Below are positions 1 to 7,712 of a stretch of 20,000 nt of DNA, in pieces. Every line of letters begins with the position of its first letter. Within the stretch, counting starts at the first letter, position 1. Source of the DNA: an uncultured virus (IMG/VR IMGVR_UViG_3300045923_000041) (taxonomy: Duplodnaviria > Heunggongvirae > Uroviricota > Caudoviricetes); IMG/VR virus record IMGVR_UViG_3300045923_000041, positions 106,453 to 126,452 of that record; one strand, written 5' to 3'. The position numbers and the translations under genes are program-made. Under the pieces are notes generated by a model. That model had not been told where the DNA came from, did not search any database, and saw only the letters and a program-made list of their open reading frames with translations.

Positions 1-3000
1 TGTACTGGTAGGACACGAAGTAGAAGTCGCCGACTGCCGGAGCGGTGCCGCTCGGGTTGAAGGTCGTGATCGTGCCCGTGTCGTTCGTTCCGACGCCCAC
101 GGTGTTGGAGACGGTGGTCTCCAGACCCGGGATGGCGTAGGTCGGAATGGCCGAGGTCACGTTGAACGTCTGCGAGACGAGCAGCGTGAAGCTTCCGGAT
201 CCCCCGTAGCTGCCGATGGCGGACGGCAGCACCGTGAAGCGCAGGCCCGTCTTCGCATCGACGTACGTCTGACCAGGGTAGCCAGTTCCGCTCGAACCCG
301 AGGAGTTCGAAGACGTGACCACGAAGTTGTCGATCGGGTTCTCGCCGTCATCCCCATCCGTGCCCGGCACGAGACCGATGTTGGTGCTCGTGTTGAACGC
401 GGAGTTCGAGGAGGTGACGAAGCCGATGCTCGAACCTGCCGCGCCGACCGTCAACGACTCGAACGTGATGTAGTTCAGGCTGTTGATCTGATCGACGTAG
501 GCAATGGCCGCCGACTTGAAGCCGGAGGTCGCCATGAGTTCGTCCACGATCTCGTAGGCGAAGACCTGGACCTGGCTTGCCGAGGCGTTCTGCGTGAAGC
601 CGAGTGGCGTGTTCGCCGTTCCCGTGCCGATGATGATCGACGAGTTGGCGTTGTTGGTCGGGCTCGTGAGGCGGAGCTTGCCCGAGTTTGCGAGAGTACC
701 AACCGAGGCGACACCAGAGAGACCCGGGGTCGTGTTGATCGCGGTCACGATGGCCGACGTAGCGACCGACGTCCCGTTGGGGATGGTGATCGTGTACTGG
801 TTGCCGTTGACCGAGATGATGAGCTGGTCGTTGACCCCCAACGTGATGTTGTAGGGGCCTGCGATGCTGCTCAGGAGGGTTGCCGGCTTGTTGATCGCGC
901 CGGTCGTGCCCTTACCCGTCGAGAAGGTCTGGAACCCGAGGGTCGAGGTGACAGTACCCTGGTTGATCTCGACTGCCGAGGGGCTGTCGAAACCGCCAGG
1001 CAGCGCGCCCGGAACCGAGTAGCTGTAGATGTAGAACAGTACGTCGCCCGTGCTCGGCCCGATCTGGGAGAAGTTGGCGAGGTTGTTCGGTGCCGTTCCG
1101 GAGAACGCAGCGTTGAGGTCGATGACCTCGTTGATCGAGGCCACGATGGCTGCCGGGCTGTAGTAGCCCCCAGCCGCCGAGCCGAAGACCGCCGTGGTCG
1201 AGGGGTTGGTCGTACCCGTGTAAGCCGTCGTGAGCGTGATGTTGCCGCTCGTGACCGCCTGGACCACGTAGTACGTGCCCGCCTGCGAAGCGAACGTGAT
1301 GACGTTGCCCGGGAAGACGAGCCCGACTTGCGAGGTCGAAGTCGTGACCGTGGCGCTTGCCGTCACATCGAAGGTACCCGTGAGGGCTCCCGTGGGCAGC
1401 GTGACCGAGAGGGCCGTGCCGTCGATGGTCAGGTTGAGGACGTTGTTCGGAGCGGCCGGGATCTGGATGAACCCAGAGTCGCCACCCGACTGGACCGGCG
1501 TGACGTGCCCGCCGACCACGACACCGCGCTCTGCGGCAGCGAGGTTGGTCGTCACGTTGCTGCCGTTGACTTCCGTGACCCACGTCGCCGAGGACGGCGT
1601 GAAGATCGAGTACGGCTCAGCGTTGCGGTTCGTGAAGCTCGCGTTGTTGGCGGCCGCCGTACCGAACGTCACCGTCACGGTCTCGGGGACCGGCGTTCCG
1701 GCGCCCGTCATGAAGGCGTCGGGGATGCTCTGAACGCCACGCGGCCAGATGACCTGTTGGCTGAGACCAGACGTCGTGCCGAACCGGATCTGCCAGGCGT
1801 TCTGGTTCTGGTTCGAGTCGAGGATCTGGTACGTACCCGCCCCGTACGCCCCAGGGGTCGTGCAGGTCAGGATGAACGTGTCATCCGTAATCCGGTTGTA
1901 CCAGAAGGTGGCCCAAGCCTGGAAGTCGGGCGGGACCGGGTTGGCCAGCGTGACGAGACGCTGAAGTCCGTCCACCGCCGTCACCGTGACCGGGCCACGG
2001 TTGACTGCATCACGGAACGAGCGACCCACGTAGACCTGAACGAGGTCCGGGCGGTTCGTCACGAGGTCTTGGCGCGCGTTCGTGACCGAGTTGAAGAGCG
2101 GCAGGCCAAGGGGCGTGTCGCGGCCGTTGCCGGTCGTCGGGATTTCCGGCAGCGTGAACTGGTTGGTCGAAACCGTCGCCGGGATCGTCGTGGTGTTCAC
2201 AACGCGCGTGCACGGGGCCAGCCAGAGCTTGTCGTCCACGAGAAGGGCGCTGACGAGCGTGTTGTCGAACGGCTGCGCACCAGTCGAGGTCGAACCTGCT
2301 GCGATGACGAAGCTCGTCCCCCAGAGGATGACCGAGACCGACTTCGAAGGGTTGGAGACGATGAAGTCCACACCCTGCACGTAGTCGTTGCGGCCTGGCG
2401 AGATGCCGCACGCGACCACGTTGGTCACGAGGGAGTTCGGCAGGTAGTCGAACGTGTTCTGCCAGGTGTTGGCCGAGTATTGAACCGTGACCGTGGTCCC
2501 CGCTGCCGGAGCGTAGGGGAGCGTCACGACACCGTTCGTACCGTCGAGGCTCGTCGGGATGACCTGGACGTTGTTGACGAGAACGACCACCTTCGAGGTG
2601 TCCGTCGTCGTCACGCCGCCGCCCGTGCCGTCCGTGACCGGGATGTTGAAGACCCGGAACGCCTGGTTGCGGACCGTCTTCGCACCGGCCGAGAAGCCGA
2701 GGATGCCGTTGGCCGTGCCCGAACCGATGATGAGGTTCTGGGTCGTCGTGAACTGCACGTGGTTCAGACCCGCGTTGTCGGTGAAGACCGACGCCACGAG
2801 GTTGGTCACCGCGGCTGCGTTGATCGCAGAAGCGAAACCCGCCGCCGTGTAGCTCTGTGCCCCGAGCGAGATCGTCGAGGTGACGCCGTTGACCGAGACA
2901 GCGAACTGGTCGCTCTGGCCACCGACCACCACGTACGGCTCGAACGCCGGCGCAACGAGGGTTGCGAGGCTGTTGCTCACCTGGGCCGAGACGTCGTCCT

Positions 3001-3490
3001 TGAAGGACGTGTCGCCACGGTGGAAGTAGTAGGTGACGTTGACCTGGTCGGTCGGCTGCGTCGGCACCTGGAGGGTGATGAGACCCTGCGAACCGTTGAC
3101 CGCTGCGAGAGCAACCGGCGTCCCGTTGACCGTAACGGTCACAGCGCTCGTGTTGTTCGAGACCGTCCCGGTCCCTTGACCGTTGGTGATCGGGAAGTTC
3201 GCCACCTTGAAGGTGACAAGGGTTCCCGTCTGGAGGCCGAGGATGAGGTTCTGGGGGTTCGTCGCGTTGACGACCCACTCCTCAGTGACGTCCTCGTTGA
3301 CGATCTGTTCGTCGGCCGAGCCGGACGAACCGCGCACGATCTCGACGTTGTCGTTCTCCAGCACTTGCTGGCCGACCCCGATAATGACAGGGATCCTTAG
3401 ACCCGCCGTCAGGTTCGAGACGTTGGCTTCAGTCAGCGTCCGCGTGTAAACGCCGGGCGGGACGTAGGAAATGAACGGGCCGAGTGCCAT
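1..3490 (-). CDS. Large contractile tail sheath-like protein with multiple inserted beta-rich domains (3'-truncated by the window edge, >1,163 aa)
   Basis: Hand translation: ATG at 3490-3488 with GAGGAG Shine-Dalgarno ~8 nt upstream. It begins MALGPFISYVPPGVYTRTLTEANVSNLTAGLRIPVIIGVG, matching the Y-x-x-PGVY...(V/I)IG N-terminal arm typical of sheath proteins. The same frame is still open at position 2 (...TFNPSGTAPAVGDFYFVSYQY), and third codon positions are strongly G/C. Missing from the ORF track because no stop lies in the window. The conserved sheath C-terminal domain is not visible. Confidence 0.8.
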   Translation of the reverse strand, partial: MALGPFISYVPPGVYTRTLTEANVSNLTAGLRIPVIIGVGQQVLENDNVEIVRGSSGSADEQIVNEDVTEEWVVNATNPQNLILGLQTGTLVTFKVANFPITNGQGTGTVSNNTSAVTVTVNGTPVALAAVNGSQGLITLQVPTQPTDQVNVTYYFHRGDTSFKDDVSAQVSNSLATLVAPAFEPYVVVGGQSDQFAVSVNGVTSTISLGAQSYTAAGFASAINAAAVTNLVASVFTDNAGLNHVQFTTTQNLIIGSGTANGILGFSAGAKTVRNQAFRVFNIPVTDGTGGGVTTTDTSKVVVLVNNVQVIPTSLDGTNGVVTLPYAPAAGTTVTVQYSANTWQNTFDYLPNSLVTNVVACGISPGRNDYVQGVDFIVSNPSKSVSVILWGTSFVIAAGSTSTGAQPFDNTLVSALLVDDKLWLAPCTRVVNTTTIPATVSTNQFTLPEIPTTGNGRDTPLGLPLFNSVTNARQDLVTNRPDLVQVYVGRSFRDAVNRGPVTVTAVDGLQRLVTLANPVPPDFQAWATFWYNRITDDTFILTCTTPGAYGAGTYQILDSNQNQNAWQIRFGTTSGLSQQVIWPRGVQSIPDAFMTGAGTPVPETVTVTFGTAAANNASFTNRNAEPYSIFTPSSATWVTEVNGSNVTTNLAAAERGVVVGGHVTPVQSGGDSGFIQIPAAPNNVLNLTIDGTALSVTLPTGALTGTFDVTASATVTTSTSQVGLVFPGNVITFASQAGTYYVVQAVTSGNITLTTAYTGTTNPSTTAVFGSAAGGYYSPAAIVASINEVIDLNAAFSGTAPNNLANFSQIGPSTGDVLFYIYSYSVPGALPGGFDSPSAVEINQGTVTSTLGFQTFSTGKGTTGAINKPATLLSSIAGPYNITLGVNDQLIISVNGNQYTITIPNGTSVATSAIVTAINTTPGLSGVASVGTLANSGKLRLTSPTNNANSSIIIGTGTANTPLGFTQNASASQVQVFAYEIVDELMATSGFKSAAIAYVDQINSLNYITFESLTVGAAGSSIGFVTSSNSAFNTSTNIGLVPGTDGDDGENPIDNFVVTSSNSSGSSGTGYPGQTYVDAKTGLRFTVLPSAIGSYGGSGSFTLLVSQTFNVTSAIPTYAIPGLETTVSNTVGVGTNDTGTITTFNPSGTAPAVGDFYFVSYQY

Positions 3491-3651
3491 CCGAGTGTCT
3501 CCTCAGCAGAGTGGAGAGAGGTGCTGCGTTCTCATCCGCATCTGGGTGCGATCTGCCGGAAATCGACAGTGCTTTCGCTTATCTGATTCGGATTCGGATC
3601 TCGCCCGTAGGTCGGCGCTGACGTTCTACGCTGGATAGAGTTACAAGAGAA
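3491..3651 (-). promoter_or_regulatory. Long untranslated leader of the sheath gene, with RBS and candidate promoter motif
   Basis: Longest intergenic gap in the window (161 nt). Contains the GAGGAG RBS near 3499-3504, short repeated AGAT/CGAAT/CGGAT words, and a variant of the recurring intergenic motif at 3618-3644. Confidence 0.45.
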
Positions 3652-4098
3652 CTAGCGATGCTCGCCGCCGGGTCCCCTCTGTGCCCTGACCGAGTCGATG
3701 GCGACCTTGGCGAGATTGCGCCTCGCTGTACGTCCGCCGTCGCTCATAGGCTCATAATCAATGTAATCGCGGTTGTTGTGGCGGATCAGGGCATGGGTTC
3801 CACCCTGTTTACGGGCTTCGGCCTTGACCTTCTCCCGTTCGTGGATCTCCGCCCAGCGGACTTCCGCATCCCGCCCGACAAGCTTGTCCGCCGTAGGATA
3901 GTCGTTGTCGTGGACGCCCGTGTTCGCCGTAGCGCCCGTCTGGGAGCCCTTGAAGGCGAAAGCCAGTGAGTCCGCGTCCCACACTCGCGGTGCATCGCGC
4001 CCGCACGAGGGGCACTCGTGCGTCAGGTGCTCTGCCATCTTGAGGGTGCGGAGGAACTCGACGTTGCAGTCCTCGCACGCGAACGTGTACATGGGCAT
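3652..4098 (-). CDS. FmdB-family (CxxC...CxxC) zinc-ribbon protein
   Basis: MPMYTFACEDC...ECPSCG matches the MPxYxYxCxxC...CPxCG zinc-ribbon signature. GAGG RBS upstream of the ATG at 4098. ~100-aa C-terminal extension. Confidence 0.85.
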   Translation of the reverse strand: MPMYTFACEDCNVEFLRTLKMAEHLTHECPSCGRDAPRVWDADSLAFAFKGSQTGATANTGVHDNDYPTADKLVGRDAEVRWAEIHEREKVKAEARKQGGTHALIRHNNRDYIDYEPMSDGGRTARRNLAKVAIDSVRAQRGPGGEHR

Positions 4099-4114
4099 GG
4101 GATCCTCATTTGGG

Positions 4115-5308
4115 TCAGCGGATGCGCTCGAAGTCGTTGTTGCGCCCGTTGAAGATGGGCAAGGAGGGGTAGATCAGGGGGCTTGCGCCGCTGGCGAGGG
4201 GGGCGACCTGGTCTGACGGCGTATTGGGGTCGGCCGGCTGACCGGCTGCGTTTGTCTGCCTGACACGACTGATCGTGAAGGGCATCGGCGCGTGCACTTC
4301 CCAGTCCGCGCGCAACTGGAGCGACAACGAGGCCGAGTACATGTAGATGTCGCCCGTCTCATCCATGGGCTCTTCGCTCTCACCGCCCATGGAGAGGTCC
4401 ACGATCTCGATGCCCTCGTTCTCCAGGTACGGCTTCTTGTCCGCCCAGAGGTACATCATCGCGAGGTCGGAGATCTCTTCCATCTGGATCGGGTCTTGAG
4501 CCACGGCTTCCAGTTCGAAGCTGACCTCCCACTTGCCACCGTACGCCCGCGCCACATCCACACGGTCCGGGTAGACCACGACCGCGCACTTGTCCCCAAC
4601 GCGGGCACGCTTGCCGAACGCCATGACCACACCGGGCAGTGTCTTGAAGTCCGAGACGTTCCAAAAGAACGGGATCGGACCAAGGGACGGGACCGAGTAG
4701 CGGTACTCCGCCATGACCCTCGCCCCGGGCTTGAAGCGGGTCTTGAAGACAATCGCTCCGGTCGAGTAGTTGACAACGTAGTCAGTACCCTCCGTGAGCA
4801 GCCAGTTGCCGTTCTCGTAGATCCGGAGCGTGCCCTTCGAAGGAGGGTTCTGAAGCTGACCCTCAGTCTCGATGCCGGTCTGAAAGAAGAGCAGAGGTTC
4901 TTGGGGGACCGTGATGAGGGGGTCAATCGTGTACATGCCAGGCTCGGAGGCGTTCTTGGGCACGGACAAGATCTCGATGTAGTAGACCCCAGGCAGGATC
5001 GGCATCTGCTCTTGGTTGTTCGCGAGGACAGCCTGATCCTCGCGAACCCACTCGATAGGATGCGCGGGCGTACCAAAGTAGAAGAGACCCACGTGGCTCT
5101 CGACCGTCCCCATGAAGTTGTCGCCAGCTAGGGAGATCTTGTTGGCACTCGATCCCTTGACGATGATCCCGTACTGCGGACGCTCGTTGAAGCTGTACTT
5201 GTTCTGGATGTACGGAACGATCTTGCTGTAGATGGGGTGGCGCGAGAACGAGTCTTTCAACTCGTTGATGATGCGCCGCTTGAGAGCCCCAATGATGTAG
5301 TAGTACAC
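4115..5308 (-). CDS. Putative tail terminator / tail-completion protein with an inserted beta-domain
   Basis: 397 aa, GTG start 7 nt after the actin stop. N-terminal helix plus strand (KRRIINELKDSF...ERPQYGIIVK) and C-terminal strand-helix-strand (WEVSFELEAVAQDPIQMEEISDL...YSASLSLQLRADWE) fit a terminator-type fold. Position between neck genes and sheath supports this. Function is inferred. Confidence 0.55.
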   Translation of the reverse strand: MYYYIIGALKRRIINELKDSFSRHPIYSKIVPYIQNKYSFNERPQYGIIVKGSSANKISLAGDNFMGTVESHVGLFYFGTPAHPIEWVREDQAVLANNQEQMPILPGVYYIEILSVPKNASEPGMYTIDPLITVPQEPLLFFQTGIETEGQLQNPPSKGTLRIYENGNWLLTEGTDYVVNYSTGAIVFKTRFKPGARVMAEYRYSVPSLGPIPFFWNVSDFKTLPGVVMAFGKRARVGDKCAVVVYPDRVDVARAYGGKWEVSFELEAVAQDPIQMEEISDLAMMYLWADKKPYLENEGIEIVDLSMGGESEEPMDETGDIYMYSASLSLQLRADWEVHAPMPFTISRVRQTNAAGQPADPNTPSDQVAPLASGASPLIYPSLPIFNGRNNDFERIR

Positions 5309-5315
5309 GTGGGCC

Positions 5316-6329
5316 TCAGGCGTGTTCCTCCATCGCCAGGACCAGGAGGCCCTCTGCGACAGCGGTCATGGGGTCCTTCGCCATCCGGATCTCGCTGATC
5401 TCGATGGGGAAGCCCTTCTTCTTGATCTCGGAGAACTCCGACTTGAAGACCTCCTCGAAACCGATGGCCTTGCACGTGCCGCCGGAAACGACGAACGGGA
5501 TCGGCCCTGGCAGCTCAATGCTCGACTGCGCCTTGCGGAACTGGATGGCGATGTTCTCCAGGCAATGGCGGATGAGCGCGCGGATGTAGAGAGAGATCGC
5601 TTCGGCGTCCCGATCATCATCCTTGTGGTTGATGAGGTCCACGCCCTTCTCCTTGATGGTGCACATGCGCGAGGCCGTAGACCCGGTCGCCTTGGCTGCG
5701 TGGGAGTCGATCCAGTCGCCGCCACGTGCAAGAGAAAACTCCAGACCCTTGATGGTCTGATAGGAGAGCGCCACGTTGCACATGCCCGAACCGAATGACA
5801 CGGACAGGCCCGAGAATGTCTCGTCGGCGCACTGGCTGTAGATGATCGCCATCGCCTCGTTCATCGGGTGCGCCGTGAACCCGTGCTCGGTGATGATCTT
5901 GCGGAAGATCTCCGTGTGGTAGACGACGTCCTGGTCCGGCATGTCCACGGGCGCCGCGGGGACGCTGTAGAAGCAGTGCTCGTCCTTGCAAGACGGCTCT
6001 TCGAGTACACTCTTGACGAGGAGACTCAGGATCTGCTGCGCCTTGAGTTCCCCGGCCGCGATGACGCCGTTGCTCAGGGGACGACGCACTTCCCTCTTGA
6101 AGAGGTTGGCCATCGTCAGAGCTGAATCGCCGATGACGACGAGCTGGCCGTCGCCCATCTCGATGTAATCGACCTTCGAGAGCCGGAGCTGCTTCTTGGC
6201 CTCCGATTCGAGGTCGATGAATGCGTCGCGGATGCGGTTGGTCGAGACCTTGTCGCCGACCTGGCGTGCCGAGACGATGTTCATGGTCCCAATGTCGAGA
6301 CCAATGCCCTTCCTCTTGTCCGTGCTCAT
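5316..6329 (-). CDS. Actin-superfamily ATPase (volactin/MreB-like)
   Basis: All five actin-fold motifs are present: phosphate 1 GIGLDIGTMN, connect 1 PMNEAMAIIY, phosphate 2 SVSFGSGMCN, adenosine VVSGGTCKAIGF, connect 2 DPMTAVAEG. Also ARGGDWID. 337 aa, AAAGAGGA RBS. Confidence 0.92.
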   Translation of the reverse strand: MSTDKRKGIGLDIGTMNIVSARQVGDKVSTNRIRDAFIDLESEAKKQLRLSKVDYIEMGDGQLVVIGDSALTMANLFKREVRRPLSNGVIAAGELKAQQILSLLVKSVLEEPSCKDEHCFYSVPAAPVDMPDQDVVYHTEIFRKIITEHGFTAHPMNEAMAIIYSQCADETFSGLSVSFGSGMCNVALSYQTIKGLEFSLARGGDWIDSHAAKATGSTASRMCTIKEKGVDLINHKDDDRDAEAISLYIRALIRHCLENIAIQFRKAQSSIELPGPIPFVVSGGTCKAIGFEEVFKSEFSEIKKKGFPIEISEIRMAKDPMTAVAEGLLVLAMEEHA

Positions 6330-6348
6330 CTGGGTCCTCTTTCATCTG

Positions 6349-6367
6349 ACCGGGCAACGTGCCCGGT
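6349..6367. promoter_or_regulatory. Perfect inverted repeat / hairpin just upstream of the actin RBS
   Basis: ACCGGGCA-acg-TGCCCGGT: 8-bp stem, 3-nt loop, in the 43-nt gap between the Dps-like and actin genes. No convincing U-tract. Confidence 0.55.
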
Positions 6368-6372
6368 GAACT

Positions 6373-7152
6373 TCATTTGATCTTCCAGTCGGAAGCAGTC
6401 TTCACGCTCTTCGAAGCAACCCGGCCGCCCGCACGCTGCTTGAGCAGGTACACGAACGACTCGTTCACGTCAGCGATGCCCTGGAGAAGGTTGTCAATGC
6501 CGTGCGAGAGCATCCCCTTCTTTTCCAACAGCTCGTAGCCGATACGCAGAAGCACGAGGAACCGGAGCACACCCTTGAGCGAGATGAGAACGCACTGCTC
6601 GGGCGCGGCCTGCATAGGGGCGGCGTTGTACAGATCCTTGACGATGAGGAGCTGGTGCGTGCTCTGGATGACCGGGTTCACGAGCACGGGAGTGCCGGCG
6701 CCCACTGCGCGCTCTCCAAGGCTGTCGATGAGCGGCTGCGTCTCGTTGTAGAGGCGTTCGAAGAGCAGGTGATCGGCGTAGAAGGCCGTGCCCTGCGTCT
6801 GCCAGTGATGCGTCTGGTGGATGAAGGAGAGCGCGCGAAGGTAGGTGAGCAGTGCCGCAAGCTCCGCCATCGACTGCTCGCCGTAGTCGAGCAAGAAGTG
6901 CGCGAGCACGTTGGCCACGTCCTCGTTCGCGGCTTCTTTGGCCACCATCGCGCGGACCTCGGCCAGAGAGTCCTTGTCGGGAATCGACGAGGCACCCTTC
7001 GGACGACCCACTGCCTTCGAACACGAGGCATCCGGAAGATAGGGGGGACCCATCTTCAGGTGGTCGTATGTCGTGGGGTCGTGCCAGACTGCGTAGATCG
7101 AGTCGGCGTGTTCCCCAGAGTACGGGTCGATGACGGCGCGTTTGCCGCTCAC
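6373..7152 (-). CDS. Dps/ferritin-like protein with ~90-aa N-terminal extension
   Basis: HQTHHWQTQGTAFYADHLLFERLYNE...IDSLGER matches the Dps signature HW-x3-G-x2-F-x3-H-x2-F(E/D)...D-x3-ER with ferroxidase His/His/Asp/Glu retained. The C-terminal helix DNLLQGIADVNESFVYLLK fits the four-helix bundle. GTG start. Confidence 0.85.
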   Translation of the reverse strand: MSGKRAVIDPYSGEHADSIYAVWHDPTTYDHLKMGPPYLPDASCSKAVGRPKGASSIPDKDSLAEVRAMVAKEAANEDVANVLAHFLLDYGEQSMAELAALLTYLRALSFIHQTHHWQTQGTAFYADHLLFERLYNETQPLIDSLGERAVGAGTPVLVNPVIQSTHQLLIVKDLYNAAPMQAAPEQCVLISLKGVLRFLVLLRIGYELLEKKGMLSHGIDNLLQGIADVNESFVYLLKQRAGGRVASKSVKTASDWKIK

Positions 7153-7157
7153 AGCGC

Positions 7158-7673
7158 TCAGCCCTTCTTCTTGTGGATGCCGTGCGTGAATTCGAGGCTG
7201 CCCATACCGCCCGCCGAGGTGGACTTGATGCGGTGCTCCAGCTCATAGGGGCCCATGCCCTCCTCGTTGAGCTTCTTGGCGTCCTTGGGGTCGTAGCCGT
7301 GGGCTTCGAGGATGGCCTCAAGCTCCTTGAGTTCCCCAGGATGCGCTGCGCCTTCCGCCTGCCAGTCGGCCTTCTTGCGCTTGTTTTGTGTCTTGCCGCC
7401 AGGCCCAGCACCCCCGGGGAGCGCCGCCTTGGCCTCCTCACGCAGGTCTTGACCGACACCCGAGGGCGTCTCGCGCTCCGGCTTGGCGGTGAACGTCTTG
7501 CCCGTGTACGGAGAGCGGACGGTCAGCTTCTTCTCCTTGAGCCAGAACTCGTTGCCCGTGGGATCCACGTACTTCCAAAGCATGCCGCCCTGGCCCTGCT
7601 TCTTGTCACCCTTGGCGAGCTTCTCGGTAAGCTCACTGGCCTGCTTCTTGAGCTGCTCTTGGATGGGGTGCAT
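7158..7673 (-). CDS. Hypothetical Lys/Glu/Gly-rich protein
   Basis: 171 aa, ATG with AGAAGGAAG RBS, high-GC3 codons, packed between neighbours. No family recognised. Confidence 0.75.
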   Translation of the reverse strand: MHPIQEQLKKQASELTEKLAKGDKKQGQGGMLWKYVDPTGNEFWLKEKKLTVRSPYTGKTFTAKPERETPSGVGQDLREEAKAALPGGAGPGGKTQNKRKKADWQAEGAAHPGELKELEAILEAHGYDPKDAKKLNEEGMGPYELEHRIKSTSAGGMGSLEFTHGIHKKKG

Positions 7674-7683
7674 GGTCTTCCTT

Positions 7684-7710
7684 CTGTAACGGCCGAGGGG
7701 ATAAGAGGAA
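7684..7710 (-). promoter_or_regulatory. Candidate phage late-promoter motif (TCCTCTTAT-N15-AG)
   Basis: The 9-mer at 7701-7709 (+ strand ATAAGAGGA) is identical to the one at 10581-10589. Both are intergenic and upstream of minus-strand starts. Confidence 0.45.
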
Positions 7711-7712
7711 GT

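Noticed and set aside
1328..3400. 690-aa plus-strand ORF and other long plus-strand ORFs (10520-11998, 12077-13732, 13796-15283, 18077-19645)
   Set aside because: Arg-rich antisense shadows of high-GC minus-strand genes, with no recognisable motifs.
3530..3654. Stop-codon recoding or TAG readthrough (10 of 11 visible stops are TGA, one is TAG)
   Set aside because: Two very long ORFs have no in-frame TAG under code 11. Readthrough of the single TAG reaches a TGA inside the leader and is out of frame with the sheath.
5316..6329. Calling the actin mreB, ftsA or parM
   Set aside because: No mreC/mreD, ftsZ or parR/parC context, and the phosphate-2 motif and overall signature differ, so no gene symbol is assigned.
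6349..6367. Hairpin as a rho-independent terminator
   Set aside because: No U-tract follows the stem in the sense direction, and it lies inside an apparently continuous operon.
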